Of a stretch of DNA of 64,000 nt, positions 1-9,022 are shown one piece after another. Positions within the stretch are counted from its first letter, which is position 1; every line of letters begins with the position of its first letter. The stretch is from Phycisphaerae bacterium (GTDB taxonomy: Bacteria > Planctomycetota > Phycisphaerae > UBA1845), in the NCBI GenBank assembly GCA_963666835.2, contig CAXXGO010000001.1, forward strand, positions 1,664,001 to 1,728,000, written 5' to 3'. Position numbers and translations under genes: made by a program. The notes under the pieces are model-generated. The model was not told where the DNA came from. It was given only the letters and a program-made list of their open reading frames with translations, and ran no database searches.

Positions 1-1
1 C

Positions 2-1438
2 TTCACGCCGGCCGGCGATCTGGTGGTGAACGCCCCGCACATTCCGGTGCATCTTGGCGGGATGAGTGACTGCATAAAGTCACTAATCGAAGACGTGCGG
101 CGTTTCGATCCGGGTGATGTCTACGTGACCAACGATCCGTATCGCGGCGGATCCCATTTGAATGATGTTACGGTGATTACCCCGGTTTACGATGATGATG
201 GGGCCGAGATTCTGTTCTTCGTCGCCAGCCGAGCCCATCACGCCGAAATCGGTGGCCGTCGGCCGGGGTCTATGCCGCCCGATTCGAAGTGTCTGGCGGA
301 CGAGGGTGTAGTGATCCGGGTATTCCGCTGGATACGCGCGGGACGACCGCAGACCGAGGCGCTGCGCGCACTACTAAGCGCTTCGCCGTACCCCTCGCGC
401 ATGGTTGAGGAGAACCTCGCGGACATCGCCGCTCAGGTTGCGGCCAATCATCGCGGGGCGCAGGATCTGCGCGCGCTCGTAGCTCGGTACGGGGTAGCGG
501 TGGTTCACGCGTACATGCGCCATATACAAAACTCGGCCGAACGGAAGATGCGGGCTGCGCTGAATAGGTTGCCGGGCGGTGTCTCTCGGTTTGAAGATCA
601 CCTGGATGATGGAACGCCGATTGTCCTGTCGCTTACGGTAGAAGGGGATCAAGCGGTTCTCGATTTCACCGGTACCGGTCCCGTGTCGCCGGGAAATCTC
701 AATGCCAACCCGGCTATCGTGACCAGTGCGATACTGTATTGTCTGCGATGCCTATTGGCCGAGGATATTCCGCTTAACCAGGGAGTGCTTGCCCCGATCG
801 AGATTGTCCTGCCGGAGGGGCTGCTGAATCCGCCGTCGGCGGCGGATCCTCGCAAGTGCCCGGCCATGGCGGCTGGCAACGTCGAGACCTCGCAGCGCGT
901 CGTCGATGTCGTATTCGGAGCGTTGGGTGTGGTGGCCGCCTCCCAGGGCACGATGAACAACATCCTGATCGGGAATGATCGGTTCGGGTATTACGAGACA
1001 ATCTGTGGTGGGGCGGGGGCGGGGCCGACCTACCCTGGGGCCGATGCCGTGCATACCCACATGACGAATACGCGGCTCACCGATCCGGAAGTGCTGGAAT
1101 CTCGATATCCGCTTCGGCTCCGCCGATTCGCCGTTCGACCCGACTCCGGTGGAACCGGCAGATTCCGCGGGGGAAACGGGGTTATTCGCGAACTCGAGTT
1201 TCTAGAACCCTTGGAACTGTCGATAATCAGTCAACGACGCACCCGGGCGCCGTATGGCCTGTGCGGCGGAGAATCGGGAAGGGCGGGGCGGAACCACTTG
1301 ATACGTTCAGGAGCATCAGTTGGCGCGGATCTGCCCTCGGTAGTCCATGTGAACGTGGATCGCGGCGATAGGCTGATTGTGGAAACGCCCGGAGGAGGCG
1401 GTTACGGAAAGGAGCTTGAGTCGGCCGGAACGGATTGA
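2..1438 (+). CDS. 5-oxoprolinase / hydantoinase B domain (5' truncated by window edge)
   Basis: Open frame from the window start. Motifs [75 protein letters not shown]. Confidence 0.92.
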   Translation, partial: FTPAGDLVVNAPHIPVHLGGMSDCIKSLIEDVRRFDPGDVYVTNDPYRGGSHLNDVTVITPVYDDDGAEILFFVASRAHHAEIGGRRPGSMPPDSKCLADEGVVIRVFRWIRAGRPQTEALRALLSASPYPSRMVEENLADIAAQVAANHRGAQDLRALVARYGVAVVHAYMRHIQNSAERKMRAALNRLPGGVSRFEDHLDDGTPIVLSLTVEGDQAVLDFTGTGPVSPGNLNANPAIVTSAILYCLRCLLAEDIPLNQGVLAPIEIVLPEGLLNPPSAADPRKCPAMAAGNVETSQRVVDVVFGALGVVAASQGTMNNILIGNDRFGYYETICGGAGAGPTYPGADAVHTHMTNTRLTDPEVLESRYPLRLRRFAVRPDSGGTGRFRGGNGVIRELEFLEPLELSIISQRRTRAPYGLCGGESGRAGRNHLIRSGASVGADLPSVVHVNVDRGDRLIVETPGGGGYGKELESAGTD

Positions 1439-1484
1439 ACATCTGCCAACGCGGTCTGTAGTTCAACGGTGGTCGTCAGACGAT

Positions 1485-3260
1485 ATGAACCCACGCATCG
1501 CCTCAATCGAGAATCTAATCGCTCGTGATCCGGGTCGTCGAAACGTGTTCGGGCTTGTCGTCGCCGACCAGCTCCGCCTAGCCGCCCAGTCGCTCAGATT
1601 GGCCAAGCGGGTCGGGATCGTCAGCGGCTTCTACGTTCCCGGGGCGAAAGCCGGCGAAACCGATGGGCCGCCCGGGGCTAAGGTGATCGGTGCCGCCCTG
1701 GAGAAACTCGGCGCTAAGGTAGATTACATCACGGACCATTGGAACGCGCCGGTGTTTCGCGGGTTGGGGTTGGATCCGATTGTTGACCCGGGAGATTATC
1801 TCGATACCGCTGCTCCGACTCACCTTCTGGCGGTCGAACGGGTTGGACGTGGGCCCGATGGACGGTACCGCAACATGCGCGGTATTGACATAACGTCCAC
1901 AACCGCGCCGTTGGACGGGCTCTTCCTTGAAGCTTCTCGGCGGGGACTGACCACTATCGGAGTGGGCGACGGCGGAAACGAGATCGGGATGGGGAAGGTG
2001 TTCGTAGCTATCCTCGATACGGCGGACCCCACCATGCCCATCGAACGCGGCGCTGAGATCGCTACGGCCGTGACCACCGATTTTTGCGTCGTGGCCGGTG
2101 TCTCCAATTGGGGGGCGTATGGGCTGACCGGGGCGTTGTCGGTTCTGGAGGGGCGGGATCTGCTGCCGTCGGCGGAAGAGGTGGCTCGTGACGTCGAGCT
2201 GGCAGTGAGTGAAGGAGGGGCGGTAGACGGTGTGACGTGCCGGCGAGAACCAACTGTTGATGGGTTGGGTTTGTCTCACAGTCTGCGGATGTTGGAAAAC
2301 ATCCGTCGTCAGATTGCTCCTTCTCCGCTCGCGCGGGGTGCGAAACTTCGCGCCGGCATCCTGGGGTACGGGGTAACCGGGCGGGCGGCGGCTGCTCTGC
2401 TTGCGCTCCGCGGACATGATGTGTGCGTGTCGGATGAGCAGCCGGTGACGTTGGAATCCGGGACCGTCGTGGCGGGGGTGGAGACCGGCGGGCACACGGC
2501 TGACTTTTTGGGGCAATGCGATCTGGTGGTGGCGAGCCCCGGGGTGCGAGCGGATGCGCCGATCCGCAATGCTCTCCACCGCCGGGGCGTTCCGGTCTTG
2601 AGCGAGTTGGAGCTGGCCTACCAGTTGTGCGATCGCCCGTTGATCGGGGTCACCGGCACGGTCGGTAAGCGGACGACCGTTGAGTTGCTGCAAAAGCTCT
2701 ACCGTTCGGCGGGGCGCTCCTTGACCATCGGGGGGAATCGGGGCCGACCACTGTCTGCTCTCCTGGCCGAGTCCGAAAGAGACTCCGCGGACAAGGCAGG
2801 GGACGATCCGATTGCGGTGGCCGTATCGAGTTTCCAGCTTGAAACCGTGGTGCATTTCAACCCGCACGTGGCCGTGTTCCTCAACATCGATGAGGCCCAC
2901 CAGGACCGGCACGAGTCCATGGCGGAATACGTGCGGATCAAAAGCCGCGTGTTCATGAATCACCAGCCCAATGACGTGCTGATCTTGAACTTCGATGATG
3001 AACGGATTCGCCCGCTGGCCCGCAAGCATCAGGGGAGGACGTTCTTCGTGTCGAGCAGGCAATCCGTCGACCGCGGGGCGTGGCTGGATGATGGCACTGT
3101 GTTGTTGAACATCGGTGGGGCAACGGAGGAAATCGGGTTTGCCCGCCCGCGCTTTGCGGAGGATCTGCTGTCTGCGGTTCTGGCCGCCCGGCTCAGCGGT
3201 ATGTCTCGCGACACTCTGGCCGAAGCGCTCCGGCGTCTTGCAGCGACGGAGGTGGAGTAG
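1485..3260 (+). CDS. DUF4392 (D-glutamate cyclase-like) domain fused to MurD-like N-terminal and central domains
   Basis: N-half has ETDGPPGA, ERVGR..DGRYRNMRG, GVGDGGNEIGMG, VSNWGAY, GAVDG. C-half has GILGYGVTG, VVASPGV, SELELA, GVTGTVGKRTT, SSFQL, LNID.AH.DRH. ATG 1485 preferred over the 1377 start, which overlaps the upstream gene. Confidence 0.85.
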   Translation: MNPRIASIENLIARDPGRRNVFGLVVADQLRLAAQSLRLAKRVGIVSGFYVPGAKAGETDGPPGAKVIGAALEKLGAKVDYITDHWNAPVFRGLGLDPIVDPGDYLDTAAPTHLLAVERVGRGPDGRYRNMRGIDITSTTAPLDGLFLEASRRGLTTIGVGDGGNEIGMGKVFVAILDTADPTMPIERGAEIATAVTTDFCVVAGVSNWGAYGLTGALSVLEGRDLLPSAEEVARDVELAVSEGGAVDGVTCRREPTVDGLGLSHSLRMLENIRRQIAPSPLARGAKLRAGILGYGVTGRAAAALLALRGHDVCVSDEQPVTLESGTVVAGVETGGHTADFLGQCDLVVASPGVRADAPIRNALHRRGVPVLSELELAYQLCDRPLIGVTGTVGKRTTVELLQKLYRSAGRSLTIGGNRGRPLSALLAESERDSADKAGDDPIAVAVSSFQLETVVHFNPHVAVFLNIDEAHQDRHESMAEYVRIKSRVFMNHQPNDVLILNFDDERIRPLARKHQGRTFFVSSRQSVDRGAWLDDGTVLLNIGGATEEIGFARPRFAEDLLSAVLAARLSGMSRDTLAEALRRLAATEVE

Positions 3261-4045
3261 TGGATCCTGTTGATTACCGAAGCCTGACCGGTGCGGAGAT
3301 TCGCGCATTGTGCCGAGACGGCAAGTTCGATGGTCCCACCGCCGGCGTTGCCGCGGGTTTCGCCCAGGCCAACCTGATAATCCTCCCCGCCACGGATGCG
3401 CAGAGCTTCGCGGAGTTCTGTCGACTCAATCCCGCGCCGTGCCCGGTACTGGAGGTGACCGAGCCGGGCGACTTCGAGCCGCGGGTATTGGCGCCGGGGG
3501 CGGATCTGCGAACTGATTTGCCGCGCTATCGGGTGTACCGCGATGGCGTGTGCGTTGATGCCCCGACCTCGATTACGCCGCATTGGACTGACAATCTGGT
3601 GTCATTTTTGCTAGGCTGCTCGTTTGGTTTCGAGTCCGCGTTGATGGCATCCGGGGTGCCGGTTCGCCATGTGGAAGAGGGGCGAAACGTCCCAATGTAC
3701 CGGACGAGTATCGCCTGCCGACCGGCCGGGCTGTTCGAGGGTCCGCTTGTAGTGTCGATGCGTCCGATGACCGAGGAGCAGGCCGACCAGGCCGTTCGGG
3801 TGACCGCACCGTTGCCGCAGATGCACGGTGCTCCGGTGCGGATCGGGGCCGCGGAGGAACTGGGAATCGCCGATCTGGATCATCCGGACTACGGAGACGC
3901 GGTGACGATTCGCCCGGGCGAAGTCCCGGTCTTCTGGGCGTGCGGGGTTACTCCGATCGAAGCTCTGATCAGGGCCAAGCTGCACTTCGCGATCACGCAT
4001 GAGCCGGGTCACATGTTCGTCACTGACATACGCGCCGGCGCGTAA
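3260..4045 (+). CDS. DUF1445 putative hydro-lyase / D-glutamate cyclase family protein
   Basis: Motifs PTAG.A.GFAQAN, NPAPCP, DLRTDLPRY, GCSFGFE, NVPMY, VSMRP, HGAPV, FWACGVTP, THEPGHMF. Start overlaps the upstream stop (TAGTG). Confidence 0.93.
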   Translation: MDPVDYRSLTGAEIRALCRDGKFDGPTAGVAAGFAQANLIILPATDAQSFAEFCRLNPAPCPVLEVTEPGDFEPRVLAPGADLRTDLPRYRVYRDGVCVDAPTSITPHWTDNLVSFLLGCSFGFESALMASGVPVRHVEEGRNVPMYRTSIACRPAGLFEGPLVVSMRPMTEEQADQAVRVTAPLPQMHGAPVRIGAAEELGIADLDHPDYGDAVTIRPGEVPVFWACGVTPIEALIRAKLHFAITHEPGHMFVTDIRAGA

Positions 4046-4295
4046 CGCAGGTCGGGTGCCCCATCCTTCGCCCTTCGCCATCTCGCGGTGGACAGAAGGC
4101 CCTGTATACAGATGCCGTCACGGCATACGCACTACGTCCCAGGCGAAGGGTGGGGAATCGATTGCACGAGTGCATCTCGAACTCCCATTCGTCCCCCACC
4201 CATTCCGGCGGTGAATCGGTACGACTATCCGAGCCCGACAAGCGCCGGAATGAATGGCGCACCCACGCAGACTGCAGGCTGGAAGCCTGCGTTAC
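4042..4295. repeat. Nested REP-like palindromic element between convergent genes
   Basis: Ends are inverted GTAACGCAGG copies. The right end has the hairpin GCAGGCTGGAAGCCTGC. The internal element GGGTGCCCC...GGCGCACCC (4054-4264) contains two further inverted pairs. Confidence 0.7.
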
Positions 4296-4780
4296 GCGCT
4301 GTCACTGCTCCCCTGCTTGGAAGGCGGAACCGGATAGCTTTGCCAGATGACCTGGACGATCATCCACTTGCCGTCGTACTTGGCGAGGTGCAGATAATCT
4401 ATGCCCCATCCCGCGGTGAGCTTGGCCGCGGCCGTCTTGTCCAACACGTCGAACACTTCGACGGTCTTCGGAGCGTCCTTCCCGAATCTCCCGTCCTTGT
4501 TCCACCCTTCCGCCAGTTTCAGAAGCTGCGGGAATCCGCTGGGGATCTTGCGATACTCTTGGTCGGCTGACGTACGATGGAATCCGAACTTGGCCAACTC
4601 GGGATGCAGACTGCGCTTGAGTAGCTCCGGCTTCATCTCGTAGAAAGCCTCACAGTAGTCGAGTACCGCCCGCTCCACGGCTTCGCGGTCGTTTGTGGAC
4701 GACTTGTCGGTGCCGAGAGCGACGGTCACAGCCGTCGCGAGCACCACGCAGCCTGCCAGCACGCCCAGGAATCTTGCCAT
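4292..4780 (-). CDS. Secreted NTF2-like (putative lumazine-binding) protein
   Basis: Signal peptide; AVLDYCEAFY...LHPELAK, DVLDKTAAAKL, GIDYLHLAK.DGKWMIVQVIW. Confidence 0.8.
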   Translation of the reverse strand: MARFLGVLAGCVVLATAVTVALGTDKSSTNDREAVERAVLDYCEAFYEMKPELLKRSLHPELAKFGFHRTSADQEYRKIPSGFPQLLKLAEGWNKDGRFGKDAPKTVEVFDVLDKTAAAKLTAGWGIDYLHLAKYDGKWMIVQVIWQSYPVPPSKQGSSDSA

Positions 4781-4820
4781 ATCAGGTTCCCCTCACTTTG
4801 AAGTCCTTCCCGAATCCGGC

Positions 4821-5447
4821 TCAACGGTCCGCCTGGCGCTCTGAATCCGACTGCGTCCGCCGGTCATTCACTTGCTGGATAAACCGCTCGAGATCCTCAT
4901 CTCGTGGAAACAGCTTGAACACGCTCCCGAGTTCAAGCGTCTTTGCCTTGCCCCGCAGCTTCAGCGCGACGATTCGGCACTTCCGATCCGGTTTGACGCA
5001 GGCGTCGGCAATATCGTGCCACGCGATAAGTTCATCGTTGCGCCCCGCCATTCTTATGAACAGCCCATCGCCGGTCACCGCGGCAAACTGCCCGCGCCGA
5101 TACAGCCGAACCACGAAGAAGACGCCTGCGACGACCATTACCACCCAGAAAATACCGGCAACGACGGCCAATACATCCCATCCCCCCAGTGGTCCCGTGC
5201 CACCGAGATTGCCGAGCCCCTTCAGGCTGACCCAGCCGCTGCCGTATAGGATTCCGAATACTCCGAAGATCACCTTCGGGTTGTGGACCCGATAAAGCTC
5301 GCACTCCTCGTCGAAGCGAAGACCGCACTCCGGACATGCGTGGTTCTCCGGTAGTCCCCGAAGCCGGTAGCTGCAACGCACGCACCGCTGGAAGGCCGGG
5401 TGTGTCTTGCTTCTTAGTGGTTCTCCGGTTGAAGGGGCGTCAGTCAT
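4821..5447 (-). CDS. Zinc-ribbon membrane protein (CxxC...CPECG, 2 TM, C-terminal PH-like domain)
   Basis: CVRCSYRLRGLPENHACPECG followed by two hydrophobic helices. ATG 5447 chosen as start. Confidence 0.7.
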   Translation of the reverse strand: MTDAPSTGEPLRSKTHPAFQRCVRCSYRLRGLPENHACPECGLRFDEECELYRVHNPKVIFGVFGILYGSGWVSLKGLGNLGGTGPLGGWDVLAVVAGIFWVVMVVAGVFFVVRLYRRGQFAAVTGDGLFIRMAGRNDELIAWHDIADACVKPDRKCRIVALKLRGKAKTLELGSVFKLFPRDEDLERFIQQVNDRRTQSDSERQADR

Positions 5448-5556
5448 ATCGATCCAATTGCCGGTAAAGGCCCTACGAGGCCGGTGGTTGCCTCGGCCGC
5501 AGCATAATCGAATCGAGGCCCGGGGTGGAAGTCTGCGAGTTTGAACTTGTGCGATT

Positions 5557-6576
5557 TTGTCGTTTTTGCCGATCCGGCTACCGGGTAGAGTATCATGCCA
5601 GTTTGACCTGTTGTTTCGGCTATGGGGTGATTGCTTGGGGGTCAGCACGGACAGCGTAAAGAGGGGGGGATCCGCCGCCGGCGCGCAAACCGCCGCGGAA
5701 GCGGTGGAGGGGGGCGTTGCCAGCTCGGGGTCCGGTTTTGCCGTTCCCGACGAGGTCTCCGGATTCCCGCCCGAGCACCTGCTTTGCCCGTCTTGCCGTT
5801 ACGGGGTCTACGGGCTCCCGCAGAATCGCTGCCCCGAATGTGGGGAGCGCTTCGCGTGGTCGCAGGTCCGGTCGATTGCCCTGACCATGCGAGGTCGCAC
5901 GTTCGAGAGCCGGTGGCGCCACGATCCGATTAAGGCCCTCTGGCAGACCTGGTGCTTGGCGGCCTTTCAACCGCGCAAGCTCTGGAGTGTCTATGACCGC
6001 GACGAGGCGACGTGCGTCTGGCCTTTGCTGCTATTCCTTCTGTTGCAGTGGCTCCTGTTCGCCCAAGCATGGCCTACCCTGGCCTTCGTGGTCGATCCGC
6101 TGATGAATCGCTTGGCGGAAGAGGTCGCCGGTCCGGGAGTTCGGGCCCAGCGATTCGTCTACGGATTTCGGCCCGGCTCCGGCTTTTTGACGCACCTGGG
6201 CGTCTGGTATGTAGCGACGTTCGCGGCTCTGCAGGTCTTCTTTCAGTCAAAAAAACGTTATGGAATACGTTGGACGCACATTCTGCGAGTTTTCGTTCAT
6301 GCCACGGCGTTAGCGTCGTTTGCCACCGCGGTTTGGTTCATGCTGGAATGGCTGGTTGACCTGAGCTTGTTGGTTCGGCCCACCCGGGTTTCGATCATGC
6401 TCTATAACCGGATCGGCCAGGCGGTTTTCTGGCTGGGGCTTATGATGACTTGGGCGTATCTCTGGCTGGGTTGGCGTCGGCATCTGAAGATCCCGCACGG
6501 CTGGGCGGTGGCAACCGTGGCCCTTCTCATTGGCTTTCTGGTTGTCTTGGTCGCTCGGGACTTGCGCCTACTCTAA
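5557..6576 (+). CDS. Zinc-ribbon polytopic membrane protein (Yip1-like topology)
   Basis: CPSCRYGVYGLPQNRCPECG followed by about 5 TM helices. The true start is probably downstream of 5557. Confidence 0.7.
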   Translation: MSFLPIRLPGRVSCQFDLLFRLWGDCLGVSTDSVKRGGSAAGAQTAAEAVEGGVASSGSGFAVPDEVSGFPPEHLLCPSCRYGVYGLPQNRCPECGERFAWSQVRSIALTMRGRTFESRWRHDPIKALWQTWCLAAFQPRKLWSVYDRDEATCVWPLLLFLLLQWLLFAQAWPTLAFVVDPLMNRLAEEVAGPGVRAQRFVYGFRPGSGFLTHLGVWYVATFAALQVFFQSKKRYGIRWTHILRVFVHATALASFATAVWFMLEWLVDLSLLVRPTRVSIMLYNRIGQAVFWLGLMMTWAYLWLGWRRHLKIPHGWAVATVALLIGFLVVLVARDLRLL

Positions 6577-6709
6577 CCGGAGCCGCGGTGACCCGGATTC
6601 AAGTTGTCAATCATTATCTTTGCCCTTACCGTTAGCCCGGTGAGTCGGTCGCGGGCCGACGCTAGACGAATACCTCACACGCCCGCTTGGTGGACTGGAG
6701 AGAACGCCC

Positions 6710-8839
6710 ATGCCGCGAATCCCGCGGAACATGACGCCCACGCGATACTATGTACGGTGGGTGATGCTGGTTGCAGCTCTCGTCGGTTTGGGGCTCACGG
6801 CGCGGGCGGCGATTCAGCGCTCCTTCGGCGGCGTGAATGTCGCATCGCTTCTGACTTGCGCGGGGCTGGTCGTCGGCACCTTCCTGATCGACATCAACCT
6901 GACCGGGATAGGTCGGTTCCGCCGCATCGCCACAACCGCGCTGATTACCATTCTGGTCTCCCAAGCGTGTTATCTGCTATTGGTTTGGACGGGGTTCAAG
7001 ACCGAATCGCTGCTCTGGCGCATTTGGTGGGTATCCGCGATAGGTTCGGTCACCGCTACGTATATTCTGGTAATCCGCCGGGCTACTGCGGGGCAGCGCG
7101 GTCTTGTGGCTCGGGGAACCGTGCTCTGTGTGGCGTTGTCCGGTGTGTTGGCTGCCTCGCTGGGTTTACGCCGACATCTGGTGAGCGATATCGATTCGTT
7201 CTATCTGGGTGCGGCCAGCCTCCCACTGGTAGGCGTCGCGGTGGGGACGTTTCTCGCATGGCTCCGCTGGATGGGTAGCCAGGACAAGCCGCCGCGATCG
7301 CCTATGACTCGTGGGGCCAAGATAGCCTGGCTGTGCGGGTCATACGTGGGGGTCCTGATGGTTGGCTTGTACATTGGCCGAGCCGGTACGCCTTCGGGGG
7401 CGACGATTCACGCGGTTCCTTCGGCGTTGCGCACGATGCCCGCCGAGAAGCTCGAGCAGCAGGCGGCCGCCGACCTGGATCGCCTCAAGACGATATTCGC
7501 CGACCTGGACGCGTTGCACGCCGAGGCCGTTTCGTACCAGACGGAGCTTCGGGATCGAATGGCGGGAGACGACCGTGCGTACTACCTTCCCGAAGAGGAG
7601 TACCGGATCCGCTGGTATTTCGTCCAGTTTCTGACTCTGCGGGAAGCTTTGCTGCGTTTGGCTTCGGTCTATGGCGGGTACGAGGCGGTCAGTGACCCGG
7701 GGGCGCGGGCGCGGTGCTTCATCCTCGGCTACACGGCCACGCTGGGCGTATTCCACGCGGGGGCGAATTTCGTACACGCCTACGGCGACCGACCCGAGGA
7801 GCGGCGTAAACTCAACGAGCCGGAGGTGCAGTGGGGCCTGCGCGCCGGGCTCTTCGATGAGATCGAGGAGAGCGTGGTCAGCGAGCGGAACGCGCGGCTT
7901 TGTGCCGAGATGGGTGCATACTATCGGCTCAAGCGCGACGGTTGGCGCCAAGCCGGGGTGTTGCCGGTCGAGGAGTTCGATTGGCTGAGAGCCCGCATCG
8001 AGCACGCCCACGAGTTTGTAGAGACTCACCGGGTAAGCCGATCGAAGGCTTGGTTCGAGCGTATCGTGGAAACCGTCAGACGGGACACCTACGAGCCCGT
8101 TTACGCCGCGCAGTCTCTTTTGGCCGAGCTGATCGGGGATATTCGTATTGTCGAGCGTGCACCGTATGTGGCAATCGACTTCATTGAGGATAAGGTGGCT
8201 CCGCTGCTCGAGCCCGGTGATATTATCCTGGAACGACGCAACTGGTTCCTGTCCAACGCCTTCCTGCCCGGGTTCTGGCCACACGGGGCGTTGTACGTCG
8301 GCACGATGGACGATCTGCGGGAGTTGGGGATCGCCGACGCACCCGAGATCCGCCGGCACGCCGAAGACTACTTGCGACCGGCGGAGGACGGTCGTCCGCG
8401 GGTGGTAATCGAGGCCGTGAGCGAGGGCGTGGTCTTCAACTCCCTGACCCACTCGCTTCATGCCGACTACGTTGCCGTTCTGCGTCCTTGTGTGTCCAAA
8501 GAGCAGAAGGGCGAGGCCATCAAGCGCGCGTTCACGCACTACGGGAAGGACTACGATTTCGAGTTCGATTTCTTCACCTCGGACAAGTTGGTTTGTACGG
8601 AGCTGATCTATCGGGCTTATGAGGGAATCCTCCACTTCGATCTTGCCAGGATAATGGGGCGTGACACGTTCTCGGCGCTCCAGCTTGTCCAGAAATACGC
8701 GGATGAGCGCCGGCGGAACAACCCGGAGCTGGAATTCGTTCTATTCCTCGACGCCGATCCGGCAACCGGACAGGCCAAGTTCGCGGACGAGGACGAGTTC
8801 TGCGCTTCCGCCGATCGCCCCCGCGCGTTCACCGAGTGA
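6710..8839 (+). CDS. Membrane-anchored permuted papain-like NlpC/P60 (YiiX/YebB-like) protein
   Basis: About 7 N-terminal TMs. The C-terminal domain has LEPGDIIL, PGFWPHGALYVG (His), IEAVSEGV, GKDYDFEFDF, KLVCTELI (Cys after His, i.e. permuted order). Confidence 0.85.
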   Translation: MPRIPRNMTPTRYYVRWVMLVAALVGLGLTARAAIQRSFGGVNVASLLTCAGLVVGTFLIDINLTGIGRFRRIATTALITILVSQACYLLLVWTGFKTESLLWRIWWVSAIGSVTATYILVIRRATAGQRGLVARGTVLCVALSGVLAASLGLRRHLVSDIDSFYLGAASLPLVGVAVGTFLAWLRWMGSQDKPPRSPMTRGAKIAWLCGSYVGVLMVGLYIGRAGTPSGATIHAVPSALRTMPAEKLEQQAAADLDRLKTIFADLDALHAEAVSYQTELRDRMAGDDRAYYLPEEEYRIRWYFVQFLTLREALLRLASVYGGYEAVSDPGARARCFILGYTATLGVFHAGANFVHAYGDRPEERRKLNEPEVQWGLRAGLFDEIEESVVSERNARLCAEMGAYYRLKRDGWRQAGVLPVEEFDWLRARIEHAHEFVETHRVSRSKAWFERIVETVRRDTYEPVYAAQSLLAELIGDIRIVERAPYVAIDFIEDKVAPLLEPGDIILERRNWFLSNAFLPGFWPHGALYVGTMDDLRELGIADAPEIRRHAEDYLRPAEDGRPRVVIEAVSEGVVFNSLTHSLHADYVAVLRPCVSKEQKGEAIKRAFTHYGKDYDFEFDFFTSDKLVCTELIYRAYEGILHFDLARIMGRDTFSALQLVQKYADERRRNNPELEFVLFLDADPATGQAKFADEDEFCASADRPRAFTE

Positions 8840-9022
8840 TTACTGTCGACCCGGCCGCCGTGTCCGGCAGCCGCATTAAGACGGGGTCTGGTTTCGGGCG
8901 GGCTCGCCTATGCAGTATCGAGAGGTGCCTTCGGCGCGGTGCCGGGACCAGGTCTGACTCGGCCGGAGTATGTCGTTGCCCCCGTTTGACGGCATCTCCG
9001 CCGATTTCTAGAATCTCAAACC

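Noticed and set aside
2330..3260. Canonical murD gene
   Set aside because: Lacks the C-terminal D-Glu-binding domain and key catalytic residues, is fused to DUF4392, and is not in a dcw cluster.
1578..3308. Long antisense ORFs (also 7340-8635, 58012-59532, 59860-61752)
   Set aside because: Shadow frames of real high-GC genes on the opposite strand, with no recognisable motifs.
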